A DNA stretch of 64,000 nucleotides from an uncultured Clostridia bacterium (GTDB taxonomy: Bacteria > Bacillota > Clostridia > TANB77 > CAG-508), in NCBI GenBank assembly GCA_949482135.1, contig CASYFC010000008.1:14033-78032 (forward strand). Direction: 5' to 3'. Below, piece after piece: positions 1 to 9,198 of the stretch (positions within the stretch are counted from its first letter, which is position 1; each line of letters opens with the position of its first letter). The translations under genes and the position numbers were made by a program. The notes below the pieces were generated by a model, which was given only the letters and a program-made list of their open reading frames with translations, ran no database searches and was not told the origin of the DNA.

Positions 1-249
1 TCATCAATAGGAGTTGTAGAATTATTTTTTGTTACTAAGACTGTATCAGGAGCATATTATACAGTTTTTGAAGCGTATACAATTACTATGATAATATATT
101 TAGCAATGACGGTATTTTTCTCAAAGCTTCTTAGAAAAGTTGAAAATAAACTAAATGGTCCAGAAAATTACTCACTTTCTACAACAGATACTTTAGCATA
201 TACTAGCGGAATGTTAAAATATCCAAACAAGGAGGTTAGCCATGAATAA
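1..249 (+). CDS. Amino-acid ABC transporter permease, C-terminal fragment (5' end outside window)
   Basis: Frame 1 is open from the window edge to TAA 247-249. The translation (..[47 protein letters not shown]..) looks like the last TM segment and tail of HisM/GlnP-type permeases. Its end overlaps the ATG (242) of the downstream ATPase, typical operon coupling. Confidence 0.7.
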   Translation, partial: SSIGVVELFFVTKTVSGAYYTVFEAYTITMIIYLAMTVFFSKLLRKVENKLNGPENYSLSTTDTLAYTSGMLKYPNKEVSHE

Positions 250-976
250 AATAATTGAAATAAATCATTTAAGAAAACATTTTGGAAATCATGAGGTTTT
301 AAAAGATATTAATTTTTCTGTAAATGAAGGAGACGTAACATCTATAATAGGTTCTTCTGGCTCAGGAAAGTCGACTCTTTTAAGATGTATAAATTTACTT
401 GAAACACCTTCTAGTGGTGAGATTTTATATAAAAGTAAAAATGTATTAGATTCAAAGGATATATCATCATATCGCGCAAAAGTTGGTATGGTTTTTCAAG
501 GATTCAATCTATTTGAAAATATGAATGTATTGCAAAATTGCATGATTGGATTAAATAAAGTTTTAAAAGAAGATAAAGAACAAGCCAAAAGAGAAAGTTT
601 ATACTATTTAGAAAAAGTAGGAATGTTACCATACATAAATGCAAAACCTAGTCAATTATCAGGAGGGCAGAAACAACGTGTTGCAATAGCAAGAGCACTT
701 GCTATGAAACCGAGTGTATTATTATTTGATGAACCAACATCAGCCCTAGATCCTCAGATGGTAGGAGAAGTATTAAATGTAATTAAAGATATTGCGGAAG
801 AAGGTTTTACAATGATAATTGTTACTCATGAAATGGCTTTTGCAAGGGATGTTTCAAACCATGTTATATATATGAAAGATGGTATTATTTGCGAAGAAGG
901 ATCTCCAGAAGATATTTTCGGTAATCCTAAAAAGGATGAAACAAAAGTTTTTTTGGATAGATTTATTAATTTTTAA
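242..976 (+). CDS. Polar amino-acid ABC transporter ATP-binding protein (GlnQ/ArtP/HisP type)
   Basis: Walker [13 protein letters not shown] signature [15 protein letters not shown], Walker [13 protein letters not shown]-loop VTHEM. 244 aa. Confidence 0.9.
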   Translation: MNKIIEINHLRKHFGNHEVLKDINFSVNEGDVTSIIGSSGSGKSTLLRCINLLETPSSGEILYKSKNVLDSKDISSYRAKVGMVFQGFNLFENMNVLQNCMIGLNKVLKEDKEQAKRESLYYLEKVGMLPYINAKPSQLSGGQKQRVAIARALAMKPSVLLFDEPTSALDPQMVGEVLNVIKDIAEEGFTMIIVTHEMAFARDVSNHVIYMKDGIICEEGSPEDIFGNPKKDETKVFLDRFINF

Positions 977-1104
977 AAGAGAGCTTTTGTTCTCTTTTTT
1001 ATTGTCTAAAATAAATTAGTAATGTTACACAAAAAAAATATATAATATTAATCTACGGAAATAGTAAAATGTGTTAGTATTTCTATTTTTTAGCTATTAT
1101 TAAA

Positions 1105-1133
1105 TTGACAAAAATACTAACTGATAGTATAAT
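1105..1133 (+). promoter_or_regulatory. Sigma-A type promoter of giant gene 1
   Basis: TTGACA (1105-1110), 17-nt spacer, TATAAT (1128-1133). AGGAGA SD lies ahead of ATG 1186. Confidence 0.6.
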
Positions 1134-1185
1134 CATACTGAATGTTATGTAAATATATTTTATAAAAATTAGGAGAGGATTTTAA

Positions 1186-4100
1186 ATGAAAAAAGATAAG
1201 AGAATCATAGTAAATATGATATTTTGTTTTATGGTAATTTTTTTAGGACTATTTACAAAAGAGGTTCAAGCAACAGAGAAACAATATCAGTATTTGTCTG
1301 ATATGAAATATGTTTCAAACCAATCTTCTGTTGGTTGGGGAAGCATAACTTTAGATAAAAATTTAGACACCAAATACAATGGTGGGTTAATTACATTAAT
1401 TGTAGATGGACAGCCAAAAAAATTTTTAAAAGGTATAGCAGCACATGCTACATCAACAGTTGTGTATGATATTACAGATTATGATTATGATTTCTTTACA
1501 GCATACATAGGAGTTGATGCAAGTAGGGGATCAACTGGAAATGGTGTAAAATTTTTAATATATACTTCTGTAGATGGTGAAAATTGGGATTTAAAAACAC
1601 CAGCATCACCTAAAGCAATGAAGGGAAATTCAAATGCAGAATTTGTAAAAATAGATATAAAAGATGCAAATTATTTGAAATTGTATGCGCATAATAATGG
1701 AAATGCTGATGGAGATCATTCAGTGTATGCAAATGCAAAATTAGTAAAAGAAGGATATGATGAAAATGTTTCAGTAGCAGATTTTATAAAAACTGTAGAA
1801 GAATATGATGAAGCTATAAAATCTCATTATGGGGAAGAAATAACAGGAGAATATGAATTACTTTTATTACAAAGAGAATTTGTTAAAAATACTGATTATG
1901 AATTATTACAAGCATATGTTCAAATTAGCGAAGATAATATGAATACTGTATCTTGGTTAATGAATGATTTAGAGAATCTTAGATATTATATATTGGGTGG
2001 AACACCAACAGGTGGATATTTTAACTCACTAAAACAACTTACAAGATTATTAAAAGAATATAAAAGTGATTTTGATATTACAGAACCAATATCAGAAGAA
2101 GGTATTAGAAGATTACATAATAGAAGACCAAATGCACCTATTACAAAAGGTGATTTATATAAAAGAATGGCGATAACACTTTCATTAACACACTCTGCAC
2201 AAGTTGCATTATGGATGCAACCTTCAGCAGTAGAAAATCAATCTGATAGTGTTGTACGTTATAGAATTTATAAAGAAATGTATAATCAAGGTAAATTTAG
2301 AGTAACATCAACAGTTGACATTACACCTTGGTTTGAAACTTATACTATAGAAGAAATGCGTTATGTAATGAATACATTACTAGATGACGAATCAATAGTA
2401 TGGCTTAATGAATATACACAAGCCAAAATTGATAAAACACCAAATAATGCATGGGGATTATTAACACCTCACTCTTATATATCATATGTATGGCCAAATT
2501 ATGGAAATCCAATATATTATTCTGAAGAAAACCGTGATTACTTTAATCAATTATTTAGCGTTAATGGTAAAACATTAGATGACTATGGTATATCAAGAGG
2601 AACATTAAATTATAGATTAAATAAATTATGGATGAACTTTAGAAATAAATTTGGAACAGGATGCGTTTGTGGTGGTATATCAAAATCAGGTCACTGTATT
2701 CGTGGTGTACATGGAATAGCATCAGCAGTTATTGGTCAACCAGGTCACGCAGCATTACTATATTACACACAAGATTCAAATGGTAAAGGTTATTGGGGAA
2801 TTGATAATGACGTAAGTGGTTGGACATTATCTGAAAAAGGTGAAAGATTACCTTTAGGTTGGGGTAATGCAAGTTATAGTAGAGGATATTCTGTTGTATA
2901 TATAGCATTAGCTCAAGAAGCAATGAATCAACAAGAAACATTAGAGAATTGCCAAAAAATTATAATGGAAGCAAAAATATATGCAGGAGACCCTGTTAAA
3001 CAAGAAGAAATTTATAGAAAAGCATTAGAAGTACAACCAATAAATATAGATGCATGGTATGGATTATATAGTGCATATTGTGCAAATGCAGAAAAAACAG
3101 AAGATGATTTCTATTACTTAGCAGAAGAGATGGCAGAATCTTTAAAATATTTTCCATTACCAATGTATCATTTAACAAATTTAATTAAACCAAAAATGGT
3201 AAGTGTTGAAAATTCGTATAGATTTACACTTTTACAAACAAGAATATTAAATGAAGCAAAAGCTACTCCTAATAATACAGCAGATAGTTATACAGTATAT
3301 CAACCATCTCTTACAAGATTAGAAGCTAACCATATACTTGGTTCATTAGATACATCAATTGCAAGTTTCTCATTTGATGGAAATGATGCTAACAAAATAG
3401 TGTTATCTAGTCGTTTTGATGGAAACGGAGTTCGTTGGGATTATTGTATAGATGGAAATCCACAAGGTGGATTAGAACACTGGCATGAAGTTGCATTTGA
3501 TGGAAGTGAAGAACATAAATTGTTATTAACACCAGAAGAAATTGCATCAATTACAGCTGAAAACGATATATACATTCACATAGTTGGTGTAAATTATAGT
3601 GAGGAAAACTTATACAAAATAGATATTCAAGAATCAGCAGGATTACCAAAAACATTATATGCAAATGATTTAGAAAATAGATTAATTGCTGCAACTCCTG
3701 CAATGCAGTGGAAATATAACGAAACTGATAAATGGACTTCATATAGTGATGAAACACCTGATTTAACAGGAAATAAGACAGTAATAGTCAGAGTAGGTGC
3801 AACAGGAACATATTTAGCAAGTACAAATAGCAGAACTTACAATTTTACAGAAGATAATCAACCAGATACAAGAAAATATATTCCAGTATCTCATTTATCA
3901 ATTAATGCAGTTTCATCAGAAGCTACTGCTCAAGGAAGACATGCAAGAAATGCTATTGATGCTAATCCAAATACAAATTGGCATTCAGCATGGGATGGTA
4001 GTGATAGAAATAAATTTATTGTTATTCAATTAGATGAACCTAAAAATTTAACTTCATTAGAATATTTACCACTTGCAGGAGGCAATGGTAAAATAGAAAG

Positions 4101-7100
4101 TGCTCAAATTTTAACAAGTATGGATGGGGAGAATTGGACAGAAGTAGTACCTGGAACAGATTGGAGATATGCAAATACAAATGATGTTTCAATGAAAAGT
4201 GTAGATTTTGAACCTACTAAAGCTAAATATATTAAAATTGTAGGTAAGAAAACACAAACTGCATCAGCAAGTAATAGTTTTATGGTAGCAGCAATGTTCA
4301 ATTTATATGAAAACAAAGCAGTAGAAATAGTAGGAACTTATTCATTTGATGGAGAAAATGGTGGAAAGATAGCCTTATTAGATGAATATAAAACTTTAAA
4401 TTGGAAATATAGTTTTGATTCAGGTACAACTTGGAAAGATGGAACAGGAGATGTACATCAATTAACAACAGAAGAGATGAACCAAATTAATGAAAATGAT
4501 AAAATAAAAATTAAATTTGAAGGAAATGAAGCTATATATACTATTAACATAAAAAAAGGAGAAGTTCCTAATATTACACCATATGTAAATGACTTAGAGA
4601 ATAAACTAATTGGAATATCTAATAAAGATATTCTTGAATGGAAATATGAAGAAGATACAACTTGGAAGTCTTATTCAGAAGAAGAACCAATAGTTGAAGG
4701 AAATAAAAAGCTTTTTGTTAGAGCAAAAGCAACAGGTATTTATACAGCAAGCGAAGTATTAGAATATCAATTTACTGAAGATAGCGATACAGATACAGAA
4801 AAATATATATCAATAAGCCATTTATCAATTCATGATAGATCATCACAATCAATAGATGCTACTAGACCATTTTATGCTGAAAATGTAATTGATGGAAATA
4901 TTAATACATTATGGCATACAGACTTTAGATACTCAATAGTTGGTTCTAAAGCATTTGTTAGTATAAAACTTGATGAACCTAAGAGTATATCTGCACTAGA
5001 ATTTACTCAAAAGTTATATAAACCAGATGATCCTTGTTATATAAAAAATGCGATTGTATATGTAAGTGAAAATGGTATGGATTGGATAGAAGCTGGAAGA
5101 ATAGAAAATTGCGAACAAAATGAAGAATTCAAGAAAATTAGATTTAATGAAAGCGTATATGGACAATATGTAAAAATAGAAGTCGAAGGTTATGGTATAT
5201 TTGCAGCTATTGCAATGGTAAATTTATATGAAGATACAACTGCAAAGAAAGTAGCAGATTTCGCATTTGATGGAGAAAATAGTGGAAAAATAATTTTAAC
5301 AGATGAATTTAAAGGTTCAAAATGGAGTTATAGTTTAGACTCAGGAGAAAATTGGAAAGAAGTAACTGAAGATACACATCAATTAACATTAATTGAAATA
5401 GAGCAATTAAATGCAGAGGATAAAATACTAATTCGCTTGGAAAATAGCGATAAAGAATATAGTATTAACATTCAAAAGTATAGTACTCCTACTATTACTG
5501 CATATTTGAATGACTTAGAAAATAGATTAATAGGAGTAAATAATCAAGAAAATCTTGAGTGGAAGACTATAGATAATATACAAGGAAGAAACATAAATAA
5601 TGAGTGGATTAGTTTTACAGAACAAGAACCAATAGTTAAAGGATATAAAAAACTTTTAATAAGAACAAAAGCAAAAGGAATTTTTGCAGCTAGTGATCCA
5701 GTAGAATTTCAATTTACAGCAGATAACCAAGAAGATACAAGAAAATATGTACCAGTATCACATTTATCAGTAGCAGAAGTTTCAGCAGAGGATAAAGGAC
5801 AAAATGGAGCAGCAGTAAATGCAATAGATGGTAATTATAATACAAGATGGTTAAATTCAGCAGCTGGTACAGATAATGAAAAATATATAGTAATAAAATT
5901 TGATTCAGCAATCTATTTAAGTGCAATGGATTATGTACCTCATAGTGAAAATGGAAAAATACTTACAGGAAAAATCTTAGGAAGTATGGATGGAGAAAAC
6001 TTTACAGAAATAAAAGAAGTAACATGGGCAAACAATCAAACAACAAAAACAGTAGATTTTGATGAATCAGTTAAAGTTAGATATGTAAAAATTATTGGAG
6101 TAGAAACATCTTACACAAGTGCTAAAAGACATGTTGGTGCTAGAATGTTTAATTTCTATGAAGATATAACTAAAAAAGAGGTAGTAGTTCCAACAGCAGA
6201 AATAGAATATGATATTGAAACATTAACAAATGGAGATGTTGTTGCTAAATTAGTAAATCCAAGTACAGAAATAACAGTATTAAATAATGATGGAAAAACA
6301 ACATATACATTTACAGAAAATGGAACATTTACATTTGAATTTGAAGATAGTGAAGGAAATAAGGGAACAGCGACAGCAACAGTTGATTGGATATGTAAAA
6401 CATTACCAAATGCAACATTTACTTATGACATAACAGATCCAACAAATCAAGATGTAACAGTAACAGTAACATTTGATAGAGAGAATGTTACAATATTAAA
6501 CAATAATGGAGAAAACACATATACATTTGAAGAAAATGGAGAATTTACTTTTGAGTTTAGAGGACCTTATGGAAATGAAGGAACAGCGACTGCAAGAGTA
6601 GACTGGATATGTAAAACATTACCAAATGTAACATTAACGTATGATATAACAGAAACAACAAATAAACCTGTAACAGTAACAATAACATTTGATAGAGAAG
6701 GAACAAGAGTTACAAATAATGATGGAAAAAACACATATACATTTGAAGAAAATGGAGAATTCATATTTGAATTTGTTGGACCATATGGAAATTCAGGTGT
6801 AGCTACGGCGAGAGTGGATTGGATAGATAATACAATTCCAAAAGCTACTGTAAAATATGATATTGAAGAAAAAACAAATAGAAATGTAGTTGCAACTTTA
6901 GAAACAGAAAGTGATGATATTACAATAACAAATAATAATGGAAATAATACATATACATTTGAAGAAAATGGAGAATTTACATTTGAATTTGTAAACAGTT
7001 TAGGAAATAAAGGAACAGCAAAAGCAAAAGTAGATTGGATAGATAAAAAAGTTCCAAAAGCAATAATAACATATAGTACTCAAGAAGCAACAAATCAAGA

Positions 7101-8982
7101 AGTAATAGCAACAATAAATTTTGATGAAAGTAATGTAACAATCACAAACAATGATGGAAATAATACATATACATTTTCAGATAATGGAGAATTTGTTTTC
7201 GAATTTGTAGATGAAGCTGGAAATATAGGAACAGCAACAGCTAGAGTAACATGGATAGATAAAACTTTACCAGTAGCAACTATTACATATGATATAAATG
7301 AACTAACAAATCAAGATGTAACAGCAACGGTTACTTTTGATAAAGAAAATGTAGTAGTAGAAGGTGGTGATACACATACATTTACAGAAAATGGAGAATA
7401 TACTTTCAAATTTACAGGACCAGCAGGGAATGAAGGTGTTGTAATAGCAAAAGTTACATGGATAGATAAAGTAGTACCAGAACCATTATTGGTATACAGT
7501 ACAATATTACCAACAAATAGTAATGTAACTGCAACAGTAGTTTTTGAAAATGAAAAAGAAGATGAAATAACAATACTAAATAATAATGGAAATAGTTCAT
7601 ATATATTTGAAGAAAACGGAAGTTTCACATTTGAATTTTCAGATAGAGCAGGAAATAAAGGAACAGTAACAGCAAATGTAACTTGTATAGATAAAATAGC
7701 TCCAACAGCAACGATTTCATATGATGCTACAGACAAAACAAATGGAGAAGTAATTGCAACTTTAGGAAATGTAAGTGAAGAAATAGAAATAACGAATAAT
7801 GATGGAAAAGACACATATACATTTACAGAAAATGGAACATTTACATTTGAATTTGTAGATAAAGCTGGAAATAAGGGAACAGCAACAGCAGAAGTTACAT
7901 GGATAGATAAGACTTTACCAGTAGCAACAATCACATATAGTACAGAGTCTGAAACAACAGAACCAGTAATAGCAACTATTACATTTGATAAAGAAAACGT
8001 AACAGTAGAAGGTGGAAACACACATACATTTACAGAAAATGGTGAATATACATTCGAATTTAGAGATGAAGCAGGAAATGAAGGAATGGCTACTGCAAAT
8101 GTTACATGGATTGAAACTGAAGAAAATCCAGATATTCCAGTAGAACCAACTACTCCAACTTTTGAAGTGAGTTTAGAATCTTCAAAAGAAACATTAAATC
8201 CAGGAGATCAATTTGAAGTAAGTGTAAATTTAAATAACATGAAGAATTTCAAAAAAGGTTTAATGGCATTAACAGGAAAGTTTGAATATGACAAAGAAAA
8301 AATAGAAATGATAGATATTTTAGGACAAAATAGTTGGAATTTAGATAAGAATTCATTTAATGATAATAACTTTAGATTTGTAACAGAAAGTAATAATTAT
8401 GTATTAGAAGAAGGAATTATATTTAAAGTAATTTTAAAAGTTAAAGAAACTATAGAAGTTCCAACTGAAGTTATATTCAAATTAGTATCTATTGAAGGAA
8501 GTAATGGTAAGGAAGATATATTTGCAACTGATTCACAATTATCAATAAATATTATAGAAAAAGAACAACAAGAAGAAGCAAAAATCACATCAGAGATATA
8601 TAAGATTGAAGCTCCTTATATATCAAGAATTGGAGAAGAAACAACAGTGGCTGAATTTAAACAAAATGTAGAAGCTAATAGAGAAATAACAATTATAGAT
8701 AATAATGGAAATAAATTAGAAGAAGATGATATTATAGGAACAGGAATGACAGTAAAAGTTGGTGAGGAACTAGAATATACATTAATTGTTATAGGAGATA
8801 TTAATGGAGATGGAAAAATAACAATAACAGATATAGCACAAATAAAATTGCATCTTATAGATAAAGAAATTTTAACAGGATCTAATTTTATAGCAGCAGA
8901 TTTAAATAGTGATGAAGAGCTTACAGTAACAGATTTAGCACAAATAAAATTAATATTTCTTGATGTATCAGTAGTACAATAA
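1186..8982 (+). CDS. Giant secreted multidomain protein 1 (2598 aa): signal peptide, NPCBM, unassigned Cys/His module, 3x [module A - module B - F5/8 type C], 9 Ig-like repeats, cohesin-like, X module, dockerin
   Basis: N-terminal signal peptide (..FTKEVQA/TE). NPCBM signature YLSD..GWGSITLDKN..KGIAAHATSTVVYDI..DHSVYANAKLV. Three discoidin-like segments (NAIDANPNTNWHSAW, NVIDGNINTLWHTD, NAIDGNYNTRWLN). Nine ~70-aa units. Cohesin-like FEVSLESSKETLNPGDQFEVSVNLNNMKNFKKGL..FEYDKEKIEMI. Dockerin DINGDGKITITDIAQIKL / DLNSDEELTVTDLAQIKL. Confidence 0.9.
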   Translation: MKKDKRIIVNMIFCFMVIFLGLFTKEVQATEKQYQYLSDMKYVSNQSSVGWGSITLDKNLDTKYNGGLITLIVDGQPKKFLKGIAAHATSTVVYDITDYDYDFFTAYIGVDASRGSTGNGVKFLIYTSVDGENWDLKTPASPKAMKGNSNAEFVKIDIKDANYLKLYAHNNGNADGDHSVYANAKLVKEGYDENVSVADFIKTVEEYDEAIKSHYGEEITGEYELLLLQREFVKNTDYELLQAYVQISEDNMNTVSWLMNDLENLRYYILGGTPTGGYFNSLKQLTRLLKEYKSDFDITEPISEEGIRRLHNRRPNAPITKGDLYKRMAITLSLTHSAQVALWMQPSAVENQSDSVVRYRIYKEMYNQGKFRVTSTVDITPWFETYTIEEMRYVMNTLLDDESIVWLNEYTQAKIDKTPNNAWGLLTPHSYISYVWPNYGNPIYYSEENRDYFNQLFSVNGKTLDDYGISRGTLNYRLNKLWMNFRNKFGTGCVCGGISKSGHCIRGVHGIASAVIGQPGHAALLYYTQDSNGKGYWGIDNDVSGWTLSEKGERLPLGWGNASYSRGYSVVYIALAQEAMNQQETLENCQKIIMEAKIYAGDPVKQEEIYRKALEVQPINIDAWYGLYSAYCANAEKTEDDFYYLAEEMAESLKYFPLPMYHLTNLIKPKMVSVENSYRFTLLQTRILNEAKATPNNTADSYTVYQPSLTRLEANHILGSLDTSIASFSFDGNDANKIVLSSRFDGNGVRWDYCIDGNPQGGLEHWHEVAFDGSEEHKLLLTPEEIASITAENDIYIHIVGVNYSEENLYKIDIQESAGLPKTLYANDLENRLIAATPAMQWKYNETDKWTSYSDETPDLTGNKTVIVRVGATGTYLASTNSRTYNFTEDNQPDTRKYIPVSHLSINAVSSEATAQGRHARNAIDANPNTNWHSAWDGSDRNKFIVIQLDEPKNLTSLEYLPLAGGNGKIESAQILTSMDGENWTEVVPGTDWRYANTNDVSMKSVDFEPTKAKYIKIVGKKTQTASASNSFMVAAMFNLYENKAVEIVGTYSFDGENGGKIALLDEYKTLNWKYSFDSGTTWKDGTGDVHQLTTEEMNQINENDKIKIKFEGNEAIYTINIKKGEVPNITPYVNDLENKLIGISNKDILEWKYEEDTTWKSYSEEEPIVEGNKKLFVRAKATGIYTASEVLEYQFTEDSDTDTEKYISISHLSIHDRSSQSIDATRPFYAENVIDGNINTLWHTDFRYSIVGSKAFVSIKLDEPKSISALEFTQKLYKPDDPCYIKNAIVYVSENGMDWIEAGRIENCEQNEEFKKIRFNESVYGQYVKIEVEGYGIFAAIAMVNLYEDTTAKKVADFAFDGENSGKIILTDEFKGSKWSYSLDSGENWKEVTEDTHQLTLIEIEQLNAEDKILIRLENSDKEYSINIQKYSTPTITAYLNDLENRLIGVNNQENLEWKTIDNIQGRNINNEWISFTEQEPIVKGYKKLLIRTKAKGIFAASDPVEFQFTADNQEDTRKYVPVSHLSVAEVSAEDKGQNGAAVNAIDGNYNTRWLNSAAGTDNEKYIVIKFDSAIYLSAMDYVPHSENGKILTGKILGSMDGENFTEIKEVTWANNQTTKTVDFDESVKVRYVKIIGVETSYTSAKRHVGARMFNFYEDITKKEVVVPTAEIEYDIETLTNGDVVAKLVNPSTEITVLNNDGKTTYTFTENGTFTFEFEDSEGNKGTATATVDWICKTLPNATFTYDITDPTNQDVTVTVTFDRENVTILNNNGENTYTFEENGEFTFEFRGPYGNEGTATARVDWICKTLPNVTLTYDITETTNKPVTVTITFDREGTRVTNNDGKNTYTFEENGEFIFEFVGPYGNSGVATARVDWIDNTIPKATVKYDIEEKTNRNVVATLETESDDITITNNNGNNTYTFEENGEFTFEFVNSLGNKGTAKAKVDWIDKKVPKAIITYSTQEATNQEVIATINFDESNVTITNNDGNNTYTFSDNGEFVFEFVDEAGNIGTATARVTWIDKTLPVATITYDINELTNQDVTATVTFDKENVVVEGGDTHTFTENGEYTFKFTGPAGNEGVVIAKVTWIDKVVPEPLLVYSTILPTNSNVTATVVFENEKEDEITILNNNGNSSYIFEENGSFTFEFSDRAGNKGTVTANVTCIDKIAPTATISYDATDKTNGEVIATLGNVSEEIEITNNDGKDTYTFTENGTFTFEFVDKAGNKGTATAEVTWIDKTLPVATITYSTESETTEPVIATITFDKENVTVEGGNTHTFTENGEYTFEFRDEAGNEGMATANVTWIETEENPDIPVEPTTPTFEVSLESSKETLNPGDQFEVSVNLNNMKNFKKGLMALTGKFEYDKEKIEMIDILGQNSWNLDKNSFNDNNFRFVTESNNYVLEEGIIFKVILKVKETIEVPTEVIFKLVSIEGSNGKEDIFATDSQLSINIIEKEQQEEAKITSEIYKIEAPYISRIGEETTVAEFKQNVEANREITIIDNNGNKLEEDDIIGTGMTVKVGEELEYTLIVIGDINGDGKITITDIAQIKLHLIDKEILTGSNFIAADLNSDEELTVTDLAQIKLIFLDVSVVQ
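6181..8115 (+). repeat. In-frame tandem array of 9 ~70-aa (~213 bp) beta-rich Ig-like units in giant gene 1
   Basis: Unit consensus: P.ATITYS.T.PTNQDVTATITFDKENVTITNNDGKNTYTFTENGEFTFEF.D.AGN.GTATA.V.WIDK. Unit boundaries were counted at the W(I)D/C-K motifs. Confidence 0.85.
8161..8979 (+). other. Cohesin-like module, X module and dockerin cassette of giant protein 1
   Basis: Cohesin-like beta-sandwich pattern at 8161-8565. X module ITSEIYKIEAPYISRIGEETTVAEFKQNV..TGMTVKV. Two EF-hand-like dockerin segments from 8794. Confidence 0.65.
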
Positions 8983-8989
8983 TAATAAA

Positions 8990-9022
8990 AAGTAGGCATC
9001 TTAAATAAGATACCTACTTTTA
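8990..9022 (+). terminator. Intrinsic terminator after giant gene 1
   Basis: 12-bp stem aagtaggcatct/agatacctactt with one mismatch, 6-nt loop, T-run. Confidence 0.7.
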
Positions 9023-9198
9023 TAATTTTCTTACAAAAAATGAACTATAAAATATTTTAATTATAAAATTAAATCATTAGATCCCAATAAAATTTTGTTA
9101 TATAAATAACTAGAAAATACTACAATATTATGGTATAATGCTAAAAGATAATTAAACTGTAAAATTTATAAATAAAAAGAAAGGATGGATGTAAAAGT

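Noticed and set aside
7311-8021. Long antisense ORFs inside the giant genes, for example 7311..8021, 13759..14076, 16168..16689, 17740..18237, 19210..19506 and 26110..26499 on the minus strand.
   Set aside because: They lie opposite the repeat arrays and translate to low-complexity Cys/Ile/Phe/Tyr-rich strings with no SD. The repetitive A/T-rich codon usage of the sense strand simply avoids stops on the reverse frame.
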